The position numbers and the translations under genes are program-made. The notes under the pieces were generated by a model. The model searched no databases, had not been told where the DNA came from, and saw only the letters and a list, made by a program, of their open reading frames with translations. Positions 47,914-57,465 of a DNA stretch of 64,000 nucleotides are shown one piece after another. The stretch spans positions 1,760,001-1,824,000 of the forward strand of contig OY764216.1 in assembly GCA_963668315.1 (NCBI GenBank), read 5' to 3'. The stretch's first letter is position 1, and every line of letters begins with the position of its first letter. This DNA is from Spirochaetia bacterium (GTDB lineage Bacteria; Spirochaetota; Spirochaetia; DSM-2461).

Positions 47914-50769
47914 GTGAGAAGACTTCCCCTGGCCATCGGCTTTCTTATATTGACAGTCACCCTGTCTGCTCAGAGCAAGGAGCAGCTTTTCGACCAGGGC
48001 CTCGGCGCCTTTCAGGACGGCCTGTACGACGATGCCCTCGGTAATTTCGACACCTACCTGGAACGGTACGGCTCGGAATCCCGGGCCGACGCGGTCATGT
48101 ACATGGCCGGCGTGGCACGTTACAGTCTGGGACGCTATGCCGACTCTCTGGATACCTTCGGGCGGCTGGAAAGGGAGCGCCCCGATTCCCCCTATCTCAG
48201 AAGGTCTCCCTACTGGCAGGGACTGAGTCATTACGCCCTGGGGCAATGGGATCGGGCGGAAGAGTCTTTCACCGGCCAGCTGGCCCATCAGGGAGAGACC
48301 TACTATGTGGAGCGGAGTTTCCTCTATCTGGGGCTTCTCAAGGAGAAAAAGGCCGATTGGGACGGGGCGGCCGAGAGCTATGCCCGCCTGATCAGCCTTT
48401 CGGGAAATACGGAGCTGGTCACCCAGGCTTACTACCGGAGGGGGCTGGTTTACCTGAACCGGGAGGATTATCTCCGGGCCCTCCCGAATTTCGAAACCCT
48501 CTCCGCCGATTACGGGAGCTCCCCCTACACGAAGGCCATGCCCTACTATATCGGCCTCTGCTATCTCAATCTGGATAAACCGGAGGAAGCGAAAAGAAGG
48601 TTCGAACTCTACCTGCGCCTTTTTCCCTCCGGGGAATATGCCGATTCCGTCAGACTTCAGTTGGCCCGGGCCGAAAGTGAAGCGGGAAACCGTGACAAAG
48701 CCCTGGAGCTCCTGGAAAATCTGCAGGCTTCGGGGGGCGATCTTGCCGGGCGGGCACGGAATATGATGGCCGAGAATTACAGCGCCCTGGGAGATACGGC
48801 CCGGGCCCGAGAAATCTGGCTGGCCCTTCTCGAAGAGGAAACACGTCCCGGAGAGAAGGACCGCATCAAGTACAATATCGCCCTCACCTGGCTCAAAGAG
48901 GGAAACACAGACAAAGCCGCCGGCCGCTTTAAGGAGACCATGGCCCTGCTGGACAGTCCGGTGCGTAGGGATTCCCTGGATGCCCTGGCTTCCCTTTACC
49001 TGGAAGAGGGTGACAAGGAGCTGGCCCTGGGCTATGCCAAGACCCTCTTCGACGACTATCCCGATTATGAAAAGCGGGAGGAAGCCGGCGCCCTGGCGGC
49101 CGCCCTGATGATGGAGCTGAACCGGACGGATATGCTGGGGCCCCATCTGAAGCTTATGGTTGACCTCTACGGCGACGGGGAGAAAAACGACCTTTACCTG
49201 ATGATGCTGGGGCAGGCGGCCATGGACCGGAAAGAGTGGACCGACGCCCTTTCCTATCTGGGCAGGCTGGAAAAGAATTATCCCCAGAGCGAATACCGGG
49301 AGGAGGCGCTCTACCGCCTTGGCTATATCTACATCCTGCGCGAAGAGTATATACGCGGTACGGAATATCTGGGAAAACTGCTCGCCCTGAATAAGGAGCT
49401 CTCTCCCGAAGTGGAAGAGGATGCCCGCTATTCCCTGGCCCTGGCCTATTATAAAGGAGGGAAGGGCGGCGAGGCTCTGGCCCTTTTCGAAGACTATCTG
49501 GCACGGTACGGCGAGACCGAGAGGGGAGGCGAGATCGCCCTATATATGGGGGATATCCGCTTCGACCGGCGCGAATGGTCCCGGGCGGCGGATCTTTTTT
49601 CCATGTCGGCCGGTGTTCTGGGTCAGGAGGAAAGCCCCCTGGTCTGGGAGGCCTCCTTCAAGGAAGCCCTCTCCCGTCAGAAGATGGAAGCGTGGGAACA
49701 GGCGGCCGGACTTTTTATGGCCCTGGCCGGTCAGGCGCCTCTTCAACCCTATGGGGAGGAGTCCCTTTACCAGGGCGGTGTCTGTCTGGTTGAATCCGGG
49801 CAGAGCGCTCGGGGCCGGGAGCTTTTCGAACGGGCTGTCCGGGAAGCGTCCGGCGATGTCCGGGAGCGTTCCCTTTACCAGCTGGTACGCCTTTCCCTGG
49901 AGGAAGGGGACCGGGAGGAAGCCGTCCGCCTGGCCGAAGTCATGAAGGCCGATTATCCCGACAGCGGTCTGGGAAGCAGTCTCTTTTTCTCCGAAGCGGA
50001 GGATTACTGGACCATGGGGGATTATGAACAGGCAAGGGAGTGGTATCTTCTGTGCGCCCGGGTCTTCCCCGAACCTTCCGTAGAAATCCAGGCGGGTCTG
50101 CGGGCTTCTCTGGCCCTGGCCGAATCGGGCCGGACCGCAGAGGCTATAGACGAACTGTCCCGGGATCTGACGGATGAACTGAAAAGCGGCGGTGGATCTC
50201 CCGAAGGACGGGCGACCGCACTGGGGCGGCTTCTTGTGAAAGAGAAACAGCCCGCCCTGGCCGAAAAGATTCTGACAGAGGTTTCCGCCCTGACCGATAA
50301 GCCCGCCGTTCTGGGCCCCCTTGTCATTGCCTCTGAACGCTCCGGTTCCGCCGACGAAAATATGCCTGCCTATCTGGAGAGGATCTACCGCTCCGAGGAT
50401 TTACCCCTCTCCTTGCGGACCGAGGCTCTTCTCCTTCTGGGGCGGTACCGTATCGCCGACGGGGAGAGGGACGAGGGGAAAGCCCTGTACCGTGTGGTTA
50501 TGGATTCGGACAAAGGCAGCCTGGGAGCCGAAGCCAACTATCTCCTGGGTGAACTGATAAGCGAAGACGATCCGTCCCAGGGAGCCCAGGAACTGCTGAA
50601 TGTCAGTTACAACTATCCCGCCCAGGTCGAATGGGCCTCACGGGCTCTCTATCGCTCCTGGGAACTCTATTCCGCCCTGGAAGGAGCCGGGAAAAGAGCG
50701 CAGATCGTCAGGGACAAGCTTCTGGAGCAGTATCCCGATTCGGAGTGGGCCCTCATGCTGGGAGAGTAA
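47914..50769 (+). CDS. Secreted multi-TPR protein (BamD/CpoB-like repeats)
   Basis: Signal peptide, many TPR units (YP.S...A.Y..G). Confidence 0.85.
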   Translation: MRRLPLAIGFLILTVTLSAQSKEQLFDQGLGAFQDGLYDDALGNFDTYLERYGSESRADAVMYMAGVARYSLGRYADSLDTFGRLERERPDSPYLRRSPYWQGLSHYALGQWDRAEESFTGQLAHQGETYYVERSFLYLGLLKEKKADWDGAAESYARLISLSGNTELVTQAYYRRGLVYLNREDYLRALPNFETLSADYGSSPYTKAMPYYIGLCYLNLDKPEEAKRRFELYLRLFPSGEYADSVRLQLARAESEAGNRDKALELLENLQASGGDLAGRARNMMAENYSALGDTARAREIWLALLEEETRPGEKDRIKYNIALTWLKEGNTDKAAGRFKETMALLDSPVRRDSLDALASLYLEEGDKELALGYAKTLFDDYPDYEKREEAGALAAALMMELNRTDMLGPHLKLMVDLYGDGEKNDLYLMMLGQAAMDRKEWTDALSYLGRLEKNYPQSEYREEALYRLGYIYILREEYIRGTEYLGKLLALNKELSPEVEEDARYSLALAYYKGGKGGEALALFEDYLARYGETERGGEIALYMGDIRFDRREWSRAADLFSMSAGVLGQEESPLVWEASFKEALSRQKMEAWEQAAGLFMALAGQAPLQPYGEESLYQGGVCLVESGQSARGRELFERAVREASGDVRERSLYQLVRLSLEEGDREEAVRLAEVMKADYPDSGLGSSLFFSEAEDYWTMGDYEQAREWYLLCARVFPEPSVEIQAGLRASLALAESGRTAEAIDELSRDLTDELKSGGGSPEGRATALGRLLVKEKQPALAEKILTEVSALTDKPAVLGPLVIASERSGSADENMPAYLERIYRSEDLPLSLRTEALLLLGRYRIADGERDEGKALYRVVMDSDKGSLGAEANYLLGELISEDDPSQGAQELLNVSYNYPAQVEWASRALYRSWELYSALEGAGKRAQIVRDKLLEQYPDSEWALMLGE

Positions 50770-50806
50770 TCCCCATCGGCAAAAAGATTAAGAAAAGGAG
50801 ACTTCA

Positions 50807-51112
50807 TTGATTAAGCATATTGTCATGTGGAAGTTCAAGGAAGAGGCGGAAGGAAAAAGTAAAGAGGAGAACATAGCTCTTGTCAAAGCCGGTCTGGAAT
50901 CCCTGAAGGGAGTTATTCCCCAGATAACCGATGACTTTGAAGTGGGGGTGAACATCACCGAAGCCGATACGGCCTTCGATGCCGTGCTGGTTTCGTCCTT
51001 CAAAAGCCGGGAAGACCTGCTGGCCTACCGCAACGACCCCCGCCACAAAAAAGAGGCGGCCTATAATAAAAAAGTACGATCCGAACGGGTCGTGGTGGAT
51101 TACGAGTACTGA
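50807..51112 (+). CDS. Dabb (stress-responsive A/B barrel) protein
   Basis: IKHIVMWKF, IP, F.S..DL.AY..P.H, VVDY. TTG start after AGGAG. Confidence 0.88.
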   Translation: MIKHIVMWKFKEEAEGKSKEENIALVKAGLESLKGVIPQITDDFEVGVNITEADTAFDAVLVSSFKSREDLLAYRNDPRHKKEAAYNKKVRSERVVVDYEY

Positions 51113-51153
51113 TAGACTCCCGTTCGGCCTGTTCACAGGAGGGAGAAAGGCAT

Positions 51154-51191
51154 AAAAAAACGGCGGGTGATAACTCACACCGCCGCTTTTT
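51154..51191. terminator. Bidirectional intrinsic terminator
   Basis: A7-CGGCGG...CCGCCG-C-T5 between convergent genes. Confidence 0.8.
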
Positions 51192-51206
51192 ATCTTTCAG
51201 CAAAGA

Positions 51207-51371
51207 TCAACCTTCGCTGATGGCGTCCATGGGACATTCGGAAGCGCAGGAACCGCAGTCCACACAAGCGTCGGTGATGGTATAAACATCGCCGGCCTCA
51301 ATAGCTTCGGCGGGACACTCTGCAGCGCAGGATCCGCAACCGGTACATTTTTCTGCATCGATAACGTACAT
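51207..51371 (-). CDS. 2[4Fe-4S] clostridial-type ferredoxin (54 aa)
   Basis: Not in ORF track. MYVIDAEKCTGCGSCAAECPAEAIEAGDVYTITDACVDCGSCASECPMDAISEG has two CxxCxxCxxxCP motifs. SD GAGGTG. Confidence 0.95.
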   Translation of the reverse strand: MYVIDAEKCTGCGSCAAECPAEAIEAGDVYTITDACVDCGSCASECPMDAISEG

Positions 51372-51610
51372 TATACACCTCTCTTGGAGTAATATTTATA
51401 AGGGGAATATAACGTATATGCCCCGTCTGGTCAATACGGATTGTAAAACAGTGAATTAACATCACTTTTTTTGTTAATTACATTTTATACAGATTGATTA
51501 CATCTTTTCGTTACAACCCCGACTTACAATTTTGACAAAACTAAAATAGTTGGAAAGAAAAAAGTATCAAGAAGAGATATTTTCCCTTCTTTCCAGAGGA
51601 GAGATTAGAA

Positions 51611-52732
51611 ATGAAGAAACTTTTCGTTCTTTTGGTTCTGGTTGTAGCTATGGTTGCAGCTCCCGTTTTCGCAGAGGTTTCAGGAACTTCTTATGAAGGG
51701 GATTTCCGCTACAAAGTCGGTGGTGATTTTTCTAGTAGTACTCAAACAAGTACTGGAGATCAGGACCTTGACCTTATTCTCGATGCTCATGTTGGTGAAT
51801 TCACAACTTTTAGCGTTGAGATCCAGGCTGATCCTGACAATGACACCAGTGGCGTTGTAGATGGTGGTCTTCTGAATATTGATGACATTACCATGACTCA
51901 GGATTTTGGTTCTATGTATGGTCTTGATCTTACTCTCAAGATGACTGCAGGTACTTTCGATTTTAGTCCTACGGAATACGAAGACATGATGGATTTTGAG
52001 TTTATACATCCTTCTGACCAGGATGCAATTCAGTTTGAAGTAGGAACAGCTGGTCTTACCGCAACTGTTTGGTTGGCTCCTGTTGAGCTTGCTTCCGAAG
52101 CTAATGTTTTCGCTGCAAAGGTTGTATATGAATCTGATATGGCTAATGTTGCTGCTAACTATGTTCGGTTTGGTGAAGGTGCAACTCGCCAGATAACTCT
52201 TGCTGGACAGGATATTGGAACTCCTATTCCTGCTGTTGACAATAAGGGTAACATTTCTGCTTCAGCTAAAATCCTTCCTGTTGAAGGTGTAACCGTTTAT
52301 GGTTCTGTCGAAGCTGATCTGGATGTTGAACTGAACATGTTCGGATTTGGAGCTGCCTACACTATGGATGCTCTGACTGTTGAAGCGGCCTTCGAAGCAT
52401 TTGTGTGTGATAATTCTGACTATGCTATTGATATCGCTATTGATGATTCAGGAGTCCTCGGTCTGGGTGTAGCTTATGATGTAACCGATTCTGTAACTGC
52501 TAAAGCTGGCGCTTACTATCCCCTGAACGAAGATATTGATATGGTTTTTGATGCCGGTGTTGTCTTTGATGTTGATACTGTTGAATATTGCCTTGGTGTT
52601 TCTTATGCTCCTTCTACAAATGTAGCACCCGGTATTGACTTAGCTTGGGATGAAACTTACGTAGCTCCCTACTCCGCTGCTGGCTTCGGCGAAGACTTTG
52701 CCGTTTCCTTCCAGATGGACGTAGATTTCTAA
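51611..52732 (+). CDS. Putative outer-membrane beta-barrel/porin
   Basis: Sec signal (..PVFA), alternating amphipathic strands, very acidic, C-terminal Phe (FQMDVDF). Strong T-ending codon bias, SD GAGGA, own terminator. Confidence 0.7.
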   Translation: MKKLFVLLVLVVAMVAAPVFAEVSGTSYEGDFRYKVGGDFSSSTQTSTGDQDLDLILDAHVGEFTTFSVEIQADPDNDTSGVVDGGLLNIDDITMTQDFGSMYGLDLTLKMTAGTFDFSPTEYEDMMDFEFIHPSDQDAIQFEVGTAGLTATVWLAPVELASEANVFAAKVVYESDMANVAANYVRFGEGATRQITLAGQDIGTPIPAVDNKGNISASAKILPVEGVTVYGSVEADLDVELNMFGFGAAYTMDALTVEAAFEAFVCDNSDYAIDIAIDDSGVLGLGVAYDVTDSVTAKAGAYYPLNEDIDMVFDAGVVFDVDTVEYCLGVSYAPSTNVAPGIDLAWDETYVAPYSAAGFGEDFAVSFQMDVDF

Positions 52733-52758
52733 GTAAACCCTTAGAACAAAAATTAGTT

Positions 52759-52793
52759 AAACAGACCGGTCCCTTGCGGACCGGTCTGTTTTT
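52759..52793 (+). terminator. Intrinsic terminator after the porin-like gene
   Basis: AAACAGACCGGTCC-CTTGC-GGACCGGTCTGTTT perfect stem plus T-run. Confidence 0.9.
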
Positions 52794-52810
52794 ATGTAAA
52801 ATACGTTTCC

Positions 52811-53488
52811 ATGGAGTCGTGCCGCTGTTTTCTGCTTACTGAAAAGCCCGGAGATTTTCATCAGCTTATCTCTTTTATGAATCTTTACGGTTTCGAACCC
52901 CAGGGGGAACTGCCCGATAAGAAGGAAACCGAACTGTTTCTTCTCGATGTGGATTCGGTGGATCTGAAAGAGTGGCGGCAGAATTGCCGGGATGAAGGTT
53001 TTGATAACATACCCTTCATCTGCCTCTCCTCCGAAATGGGAGAATCACGCCAGCTGGGGGCTTTTCAGGCCGGAGCGGAAGATATTCTCCCCCGTGATTT
53101 CCCCCCCTCCCTTATCTGTCAGCGAATCATTACGCTTCTGCGGGTCATTCCTGAAAAAAAAAGAAAAGCCAATCGCAACAGTCAGAGTTTTATCCTTCCC
53201 GTCGGAAATCTCATCCATCTGGATCTCGGTTCCCGGGAAATGATGAAGAACGGCAAATCCGTCCACCTGACGCCCCGGGAATGGGATATTTTTCTTCTTC
53301 TGCTGAACCGGATAAACCGGGTTGTTTCCCGGGACTCCATTCTGGATAAAATACAGGGTGAAAGCGTGGAAGGTACGGACCGCCTTGTCGACAGTCACAT
53401 AAAGAATCTGCGGAAAAAACTGGGCGATAGAAAGGGAATCGAGACAGAGCGGGGATACGGCTATAAGTTAAAAGGCCGATTGTTGTAA
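52811..53488 (+). CDS. OmpR/PhoB-family regulator, atypical receiver
   Basis: LTPREW, SRD, RLVDSHIKNLRKKL, IETERGYGYKL wHTH. Receiver keeps FLLD, but the conserved Lys is Arg (LPRDF). Confidence 0.88.
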   Translation: MESCRCFLLTEKPGDFHQLISFMNLYGFEPQGELPDKKETELFLLDVDSVDLKEWRQNCRDEGFDNIPFICLSSEMGESRQLGAFQAGAEDILPRDFPPSLICQRIITLLRVIPEKKRKANRNSQSFILPVGNLIHLDLGSREMMKNGKSVHLTPREWDIFLLLLNRINRVVSRDSILDKIQGESVEGTDRLVDSHIKNLRKKLGDRKGIETERGYGYKLKGRLL

Positions 53489-53517
53489 AATCGCCGTTTA
53501 TCTGTTATTATGTGCCT

Positions 53518-54216
53518 ATGTCCATCGGAGTGACTTTACTGACTAAGGATAGTCAAACGGCCGCTGATTTAGCTCCCTTCTTGAAAAAGCAGGGGTACAA
53601 TCTGTTAAATCTGAATATGAACGCCAAATCAGCCTTGCCTCCCGGTTGTATGGATGCCGATCTAGTTCTCTATGAAGCGCTTAATAATGATCATTCCGCC
53701 CTGGTTCATACCAAGGAGCTGATAGAATTTCAGAAAAAACCAGTCATTATTCTCGCAAGAAATCTTAATGATCTGTTTAAAGCGGAGTTTTACCGTCTGG
53801 GTGTGCAGGATCTTATTATGGCTCCCTGGTTTTATAAAGTCGTGGATATGAGGATAAAGCAGGCTCTGCAGAGGGAAGGGTACAGGGAGAAGGAAAGACC
53901 CGTGGTAGAGTGGCAGCTGGGAAACGATATTCTTATCATTGAATCGGAACGGCACCGGGCTTTTATTAACGGGGAAGAGCTGAAGCTGACCTTCAGTCAG
54001 TGGAATATTCTCTCGACCCTTGTGGGAAACGGCGGTGTGGCTCTCTCCCGAAACTACCTGCTCCGGGAGTGTCTTCACTTCGAACAGGGTGACACGCGCA
54101 CCCTGGATAATCATATTAAAAACATACGAAAAGTGCTGGGAAGCAGCGATCATATAGAAACAATGCACGGTTACGGTTACAAACTGAACGGCCGGCAGGT
54201 TAAGAAGGATGCATAG
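53518..54216 (+). CDS. OmpR/PhoB-family regulator, pseudo-receiver
   Basis: RTLDNHIKNIRK, IETMHGYGYKL wHTH. Phospho-Asp position is Glu (LVLYE) and there is no KP Lys. Confidence 0.85.
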   Translation: MSIGVTLLTKDSQTAADLAPFLKKQGYNLLNLNMNAKSALPPGCMDADLVLYEALNNDHSALVHTKELIEFQKKPVIILARNLNDLFKAEFYRLGVQDLIMAPWFYKVVDMRIKQALQREGYREKERPVVEWQLGNDILIIESERHRAFINGEELKLTFSQWNILSTLVGNGGVALSRNYLLRECLHFEQGDTRTLDNHIKNIRKVLGSSDHIETMHGYGYKLNGRQVKKDA

Positions 54217-54225
54217 GAGATAATT

Positions 54226-54918
54226 ATGGATAAAACCGCCGTACTTGATTTGGGAGGTTCCCTTGTAGCCCAGGAAAAGATGGATGTGGATTTTCTTGGG
54301 AGGATCAGAACATTCCTGGCTGAATGGCTTGAAGAAGATAGAGAGAGAAGAATCATTCTAATCATCGGAGGCGGTTATCCGGCCCGTGTCTTCCAGGATA
54401 CCTATCGTCAGGTTGTGGGAGAAGGGGCGTGTTCCGAGGAGCAGGATTGGCTGGGAATTATGGCCACCCGTCTGAATGCCCAGCTGGTAAAGGCTATGTT
54501 TGCCGATTATTGCCATGATGAAGTGGTCTATGATCCTACGTCCGTCAGCCGGATGACCGGCAGGGTTCTTGTCGGTGCAGGGTGGAAACCTGGATGGTCT
54601 ACCGATTACGATGCCGTCCTGCTGGCGGAGAAATTCGGCGCGAAACAGGTTCTGAACCTTTCAAACATACAAAAGGTCTATACTGCCGATCCGCGCAAAG
54701 TTCCGACCGCCCAGCCGCTGGACTCCATCAGCTGGACCGATTACCGCGCCATGTGCGGAGATGAATGGACGCCCGGCATGAACGCTCCTTTTGATCCCGT
54801 GGCCAGTAAAAAGGCCCACGAGATCGGTCTGGAAGTCGTTGTCGCCGACGGAAGGGATCTGGAAAACCTGCGGAATATCCTGGATGGGAAAGAGTACACG
54901 GGAACCTTGATTTCGTAA
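54226..54918 (+). CDS. pyrH: UMP kinase (archaeal-type)
   Basis: LGGS, GGGYPAR, QDWLGIMATRLNA, GWKPGWSTDYDA, VYTADP, PFDP. Confidence 0.9.
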   Translation: MDKTAVLDLGGSLVAQEKMDVDFLGRIRTFLAEWLEEDRERRIILIIGGGYPARVFQDTYRQVVGEGACSEEQDWLGIMATRLNAQLVKAMFADYCHDEVVYDPTSVSRMTGRVLVGAGWKPGWSTDYDAVLLAEKFGAKQVLNLSNIQKVYTADPRKVPTAQPLDSISWTDYRAMCGDEWTPGMNAPFDPVASKKAHEIGLEVVVADGRDLENLRNILDGKEYTGTLIS

Positions 54919-54956
54919 AAAAAGAGAAGTATCAGAGTGCTATTAGTGTGGTTCTG

Positions 54957-55820
54957 TCAAACAGGACCATCGGAAGCACTCCATATCACCCGGGATAATT
55001 CAGCTGCAAAGGGTTCTCTGTCACGGAAATCCGGAAGCCAGTCACTGCCCGTTTCCAGTTCCTGAATAAATCCGTCCTCAATCCCGAATTGCTCCAGCTT
55101 ATCGAGTACCTCTTCGTACTCCTCCTCCGATACGTATCGTTCCGGAATGGACCGTGTCTCGCCGGGGATATGCACCGGAGTATATTGGGATAGAAGGGAA
55201 AGAAGGGCCCGGTCTTTTCCGTATTCGCCGAACCAGGCTATCAGCTCAGTCGTAATCTGCGGGTAACCGGGAATAATCAGATGTCTGACAATAGTTCCCT
55301 TTTTCATCATGCCCTCATCATCGAGTATGACGGGGGACCGGTTGATCATGAACTTCACCGCTTCCCGTGCCCGTTCTGCATACTGCTCCCTTCCATAGAT
55401 TTCTTCCGCCCACGCCGGTGTTACGGTTTTCAGGTCGGGAAGCCAGATATCGACATAATCGGCCAGCTCCTCCAGCCTTTCTGTTTTTTCGTAAGCAGAT
55501 GAGTTCCAGAGAACCGGCAGTTCCAGGCCTCTTTCTCGTGCTTCCCTGATAACCTCGATAAGCTGAGGTATATAATGGCTGCCGGTGACAAAATTGATAT
55601 TGGCCGCTCCGGCACTTTGCAGTTTCAGGCAGATGTCCGCCCCTTCCTTTACGGTCAGTTCCTGTCCTATCAAGCCCCGGCTTATCTGCCAGTTCTGACA
55701 GAAGGGACAGCGGAGGTTGCATCCCGAGAGAAAAAATGTCCCGCTCCCCCTGTCTCCGACGAGAGGAGGCTCTTCCCCGAAATGGAGAGACGCCAGGGCG
55801 GCTTTAAATGTTTTACCCAT
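54957..55820 (-). CDS. PflX-like radical SAM protein
   Basis: HFGEEPP, GSGTFF, CNLRCPFCQN, NINFV, IWLPDLK, IVRHL. ATG at 55820 overlaps the aminopeptidase stop. Confidence 0.85.
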   Translation of the reverse strand: MGKTFKAALASLHFGEEPPLVGDRGSGTFFLSGCNLRCPFCQNWQISRGLIGQELTVKEGADICLKLQSAGAANINFVTGSHYIPQLIEVIREARERGLELPVLWNSSAYEKTERLEELADYVDIWLPDLKTVTPAWAEEIYGREQYAERAREAVKFMINRSPVILDDEGMMKKGTIVRHLIIPGYPQITTELIAWFGEYGKDRALLSLLSQYTPVHIPGETRSIPERYVSEEEYEEVLDKLEQFGIEDGFIQELETGSDWLPDFRDREPFAAELSRVIWSASDGPV

Positions 55821-57252
55821 GGAAGGTCTCATAAAAGAGCCGGCATGCCTTGACCGTGGCGTAGACATCGATTTTCGACGTGATTTCCAGAGGGGCGTGC
55901 ATTCCCATGACAGGGGTGCCCATATCGATGGTATGTATCCCGTAACGGGAGAGCAGGGACGCCACGGTACCGCCGCCGCCTTCATCTACCCGCCCCAGTT
56001 CTGAGATCTGCCAGGGAATATTTCCTCCGTCCAGCATATGGCGCAGGGCGGCCAGGTATTCCGCATCGGCATCATTGCTTCCCGATTTTCCCCGGGCGCC
56101 GGTATATTTGTTCAGGTTGACTCCCATACCCAGACGGGCGGCATTGTTCAGGTCATGAACGCTTTTGAAGTTGTAGTCCACCGCACCGGCCACATCGGTG
56201 GAGAGAGCATGGGAACGGGATAATATCTCCCGGAAGAGTACTTCGGAGTAATTCTGTTTTAAAGAGGCGGTTATTCGGCTCAGGGAGTGGTAGAAAAAGA
56301 AAGACTCCATTCCAGTGGCACCCACCGATCCTATTTCTTCTTTATCAGCCAGAAAGGCGACGCAGGTTCGTTCCGGAATTTCCTCCAGGTCGAATAATCC
56401 CCGCAGGTTGGCATAGGCGCAGACACGGTCATCCTGTCCGTGGGCGAGAATCATGCTGCGGTCCAGCCCCAGATCTCGGGCGTTGTCCGCCGGAACGATT
56501 TCCAGCTCCGCGGAGAGAAAATCATCCTCCGTCATTGAGTACTTCCCGTTGAGAAGTTCCAGAGCGGCCAGCTTTACGGCATCCTTGATCTCGGGATTGT
56601 CCACGGGGCGATGGGCCAGGAGCACATTGAGCTGTTCTCCCGTTATGATTTCCGGCAGTTTTTTTTCTCTTTGCACTTTGGCATTCAGATGGACGAGTAT
56701 ATCGGGGATGGTAAAGACCGGATCGGAAGGGTCGCTGCCGATATCTATCCTTCTAACTGTACCGTCCTTCAGAGCCACGACGCCGGTTATGGCCAGGGGA
56801 ATCTGAACCCAGTGATATTTTTTTATTCCCCCGTAATAATGGGTCTTCAGGTAGGCCGTATGGCTGTCTCCGTCTTCCACCAGGGGATTGGGCTTCACAT
56901 CGAGACGGGGGGAATCTATATGGGAGGCGCAGATGGAAAAACCCTTGTCTACGCTGTTTTTTCCGATGACGGCGAGAAGAATATTTTTTCCTCTGTTGGT
57001 AAAAAAGACTTTGGACCCCGGCGCGGGATCGGCCACTTCTTCAAAGGGGAGATACCCTTCGGCTCTTGCTGCTCTCTCTGCCTTTTCTACAAAGAAACGC
57101 TCGTTCTTTCCTTCGTCAAGATAGGTTTTATACTCTTCACAGAGGGTAAAGGTATCCTTTTTTTCCTCTTCACTGAAGACATGCCAGGCCGTATCAACCT
57201 GACGGAAAAGCAGTTTTTTTCTTTCTTCCTCGGCGGAAATATTGTCATCCAT
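55813..57252 (-). CDS. M18 family aminopeptidase
   Basis: SHIDSPRLD, HYYGGIKKY, QDDR, DKEEIGS, GGGT, MHAP. Confidence 0.93.
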   Translation of the reverse strand: MDDNISAEEERKKLLFRQVDTAWHVFSEEEKKDTFTLCEEYKTYLDEGKNERFFVEKAERAARAEGYLPFEEVADPAPGSKVFFTNRGKNILLAVIGKNSVDKGFSICASHIDSPRLDVKPNPLVEDGDSHTAYLKTHYYGGIKKYHWVQIPLAITGVVALKDGTVRRIDIGSDPSDPVFTIPDILVHLNAKVQREKKLPEIITGEQLNVLLAHRPVDNPEIKDAVKLAALELLNGKYSMTEDDFLSAELEIVPADNARDLGLDRSMILAHGQDDRVCAYANLRGLFDLEEIPERTCVAFLADKEEIGSVGATGMESFFFYHSLSRITASLKQNYSEVLFREILSRSHALSTDVAGAVDYNFKSVHDLNNAARLGMGVNLNKYTGARGKSGSNDADAEYLAALRHMLDGGNIPWQISELGRVDEGGGGTVASLLSRYGIHTIDMGTPVMGMHAPLEITSKIDVYATVKACRLFYETFHG

Positions 57253-57465
57253 ATATGAATCAGCTCCTTTCTCCGGAATCGGGATTAACAGTACATACTA
57301 AGTTTATAAAATGGGGCAGGTCAACATGGGATACTTTGAAATCAAATGAATTTGGCAGTTTTTATAGCTTTTTGTCTTTACGTTTTTCAATCTATCGTTG
57401 ATAATAATGCAATGAATAGGGGAGATGTTTCATCTTCCTGAAAAATATTTTAAGGAGAGTGTCTC

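Noticed and set aside
54226..54918. Archaeal-type pyrH outside the rpsB-tsf-frr locus as a recent transfer
   Set aside because: This type is known in treponeme-like spirochaetes, and composition matches the host.
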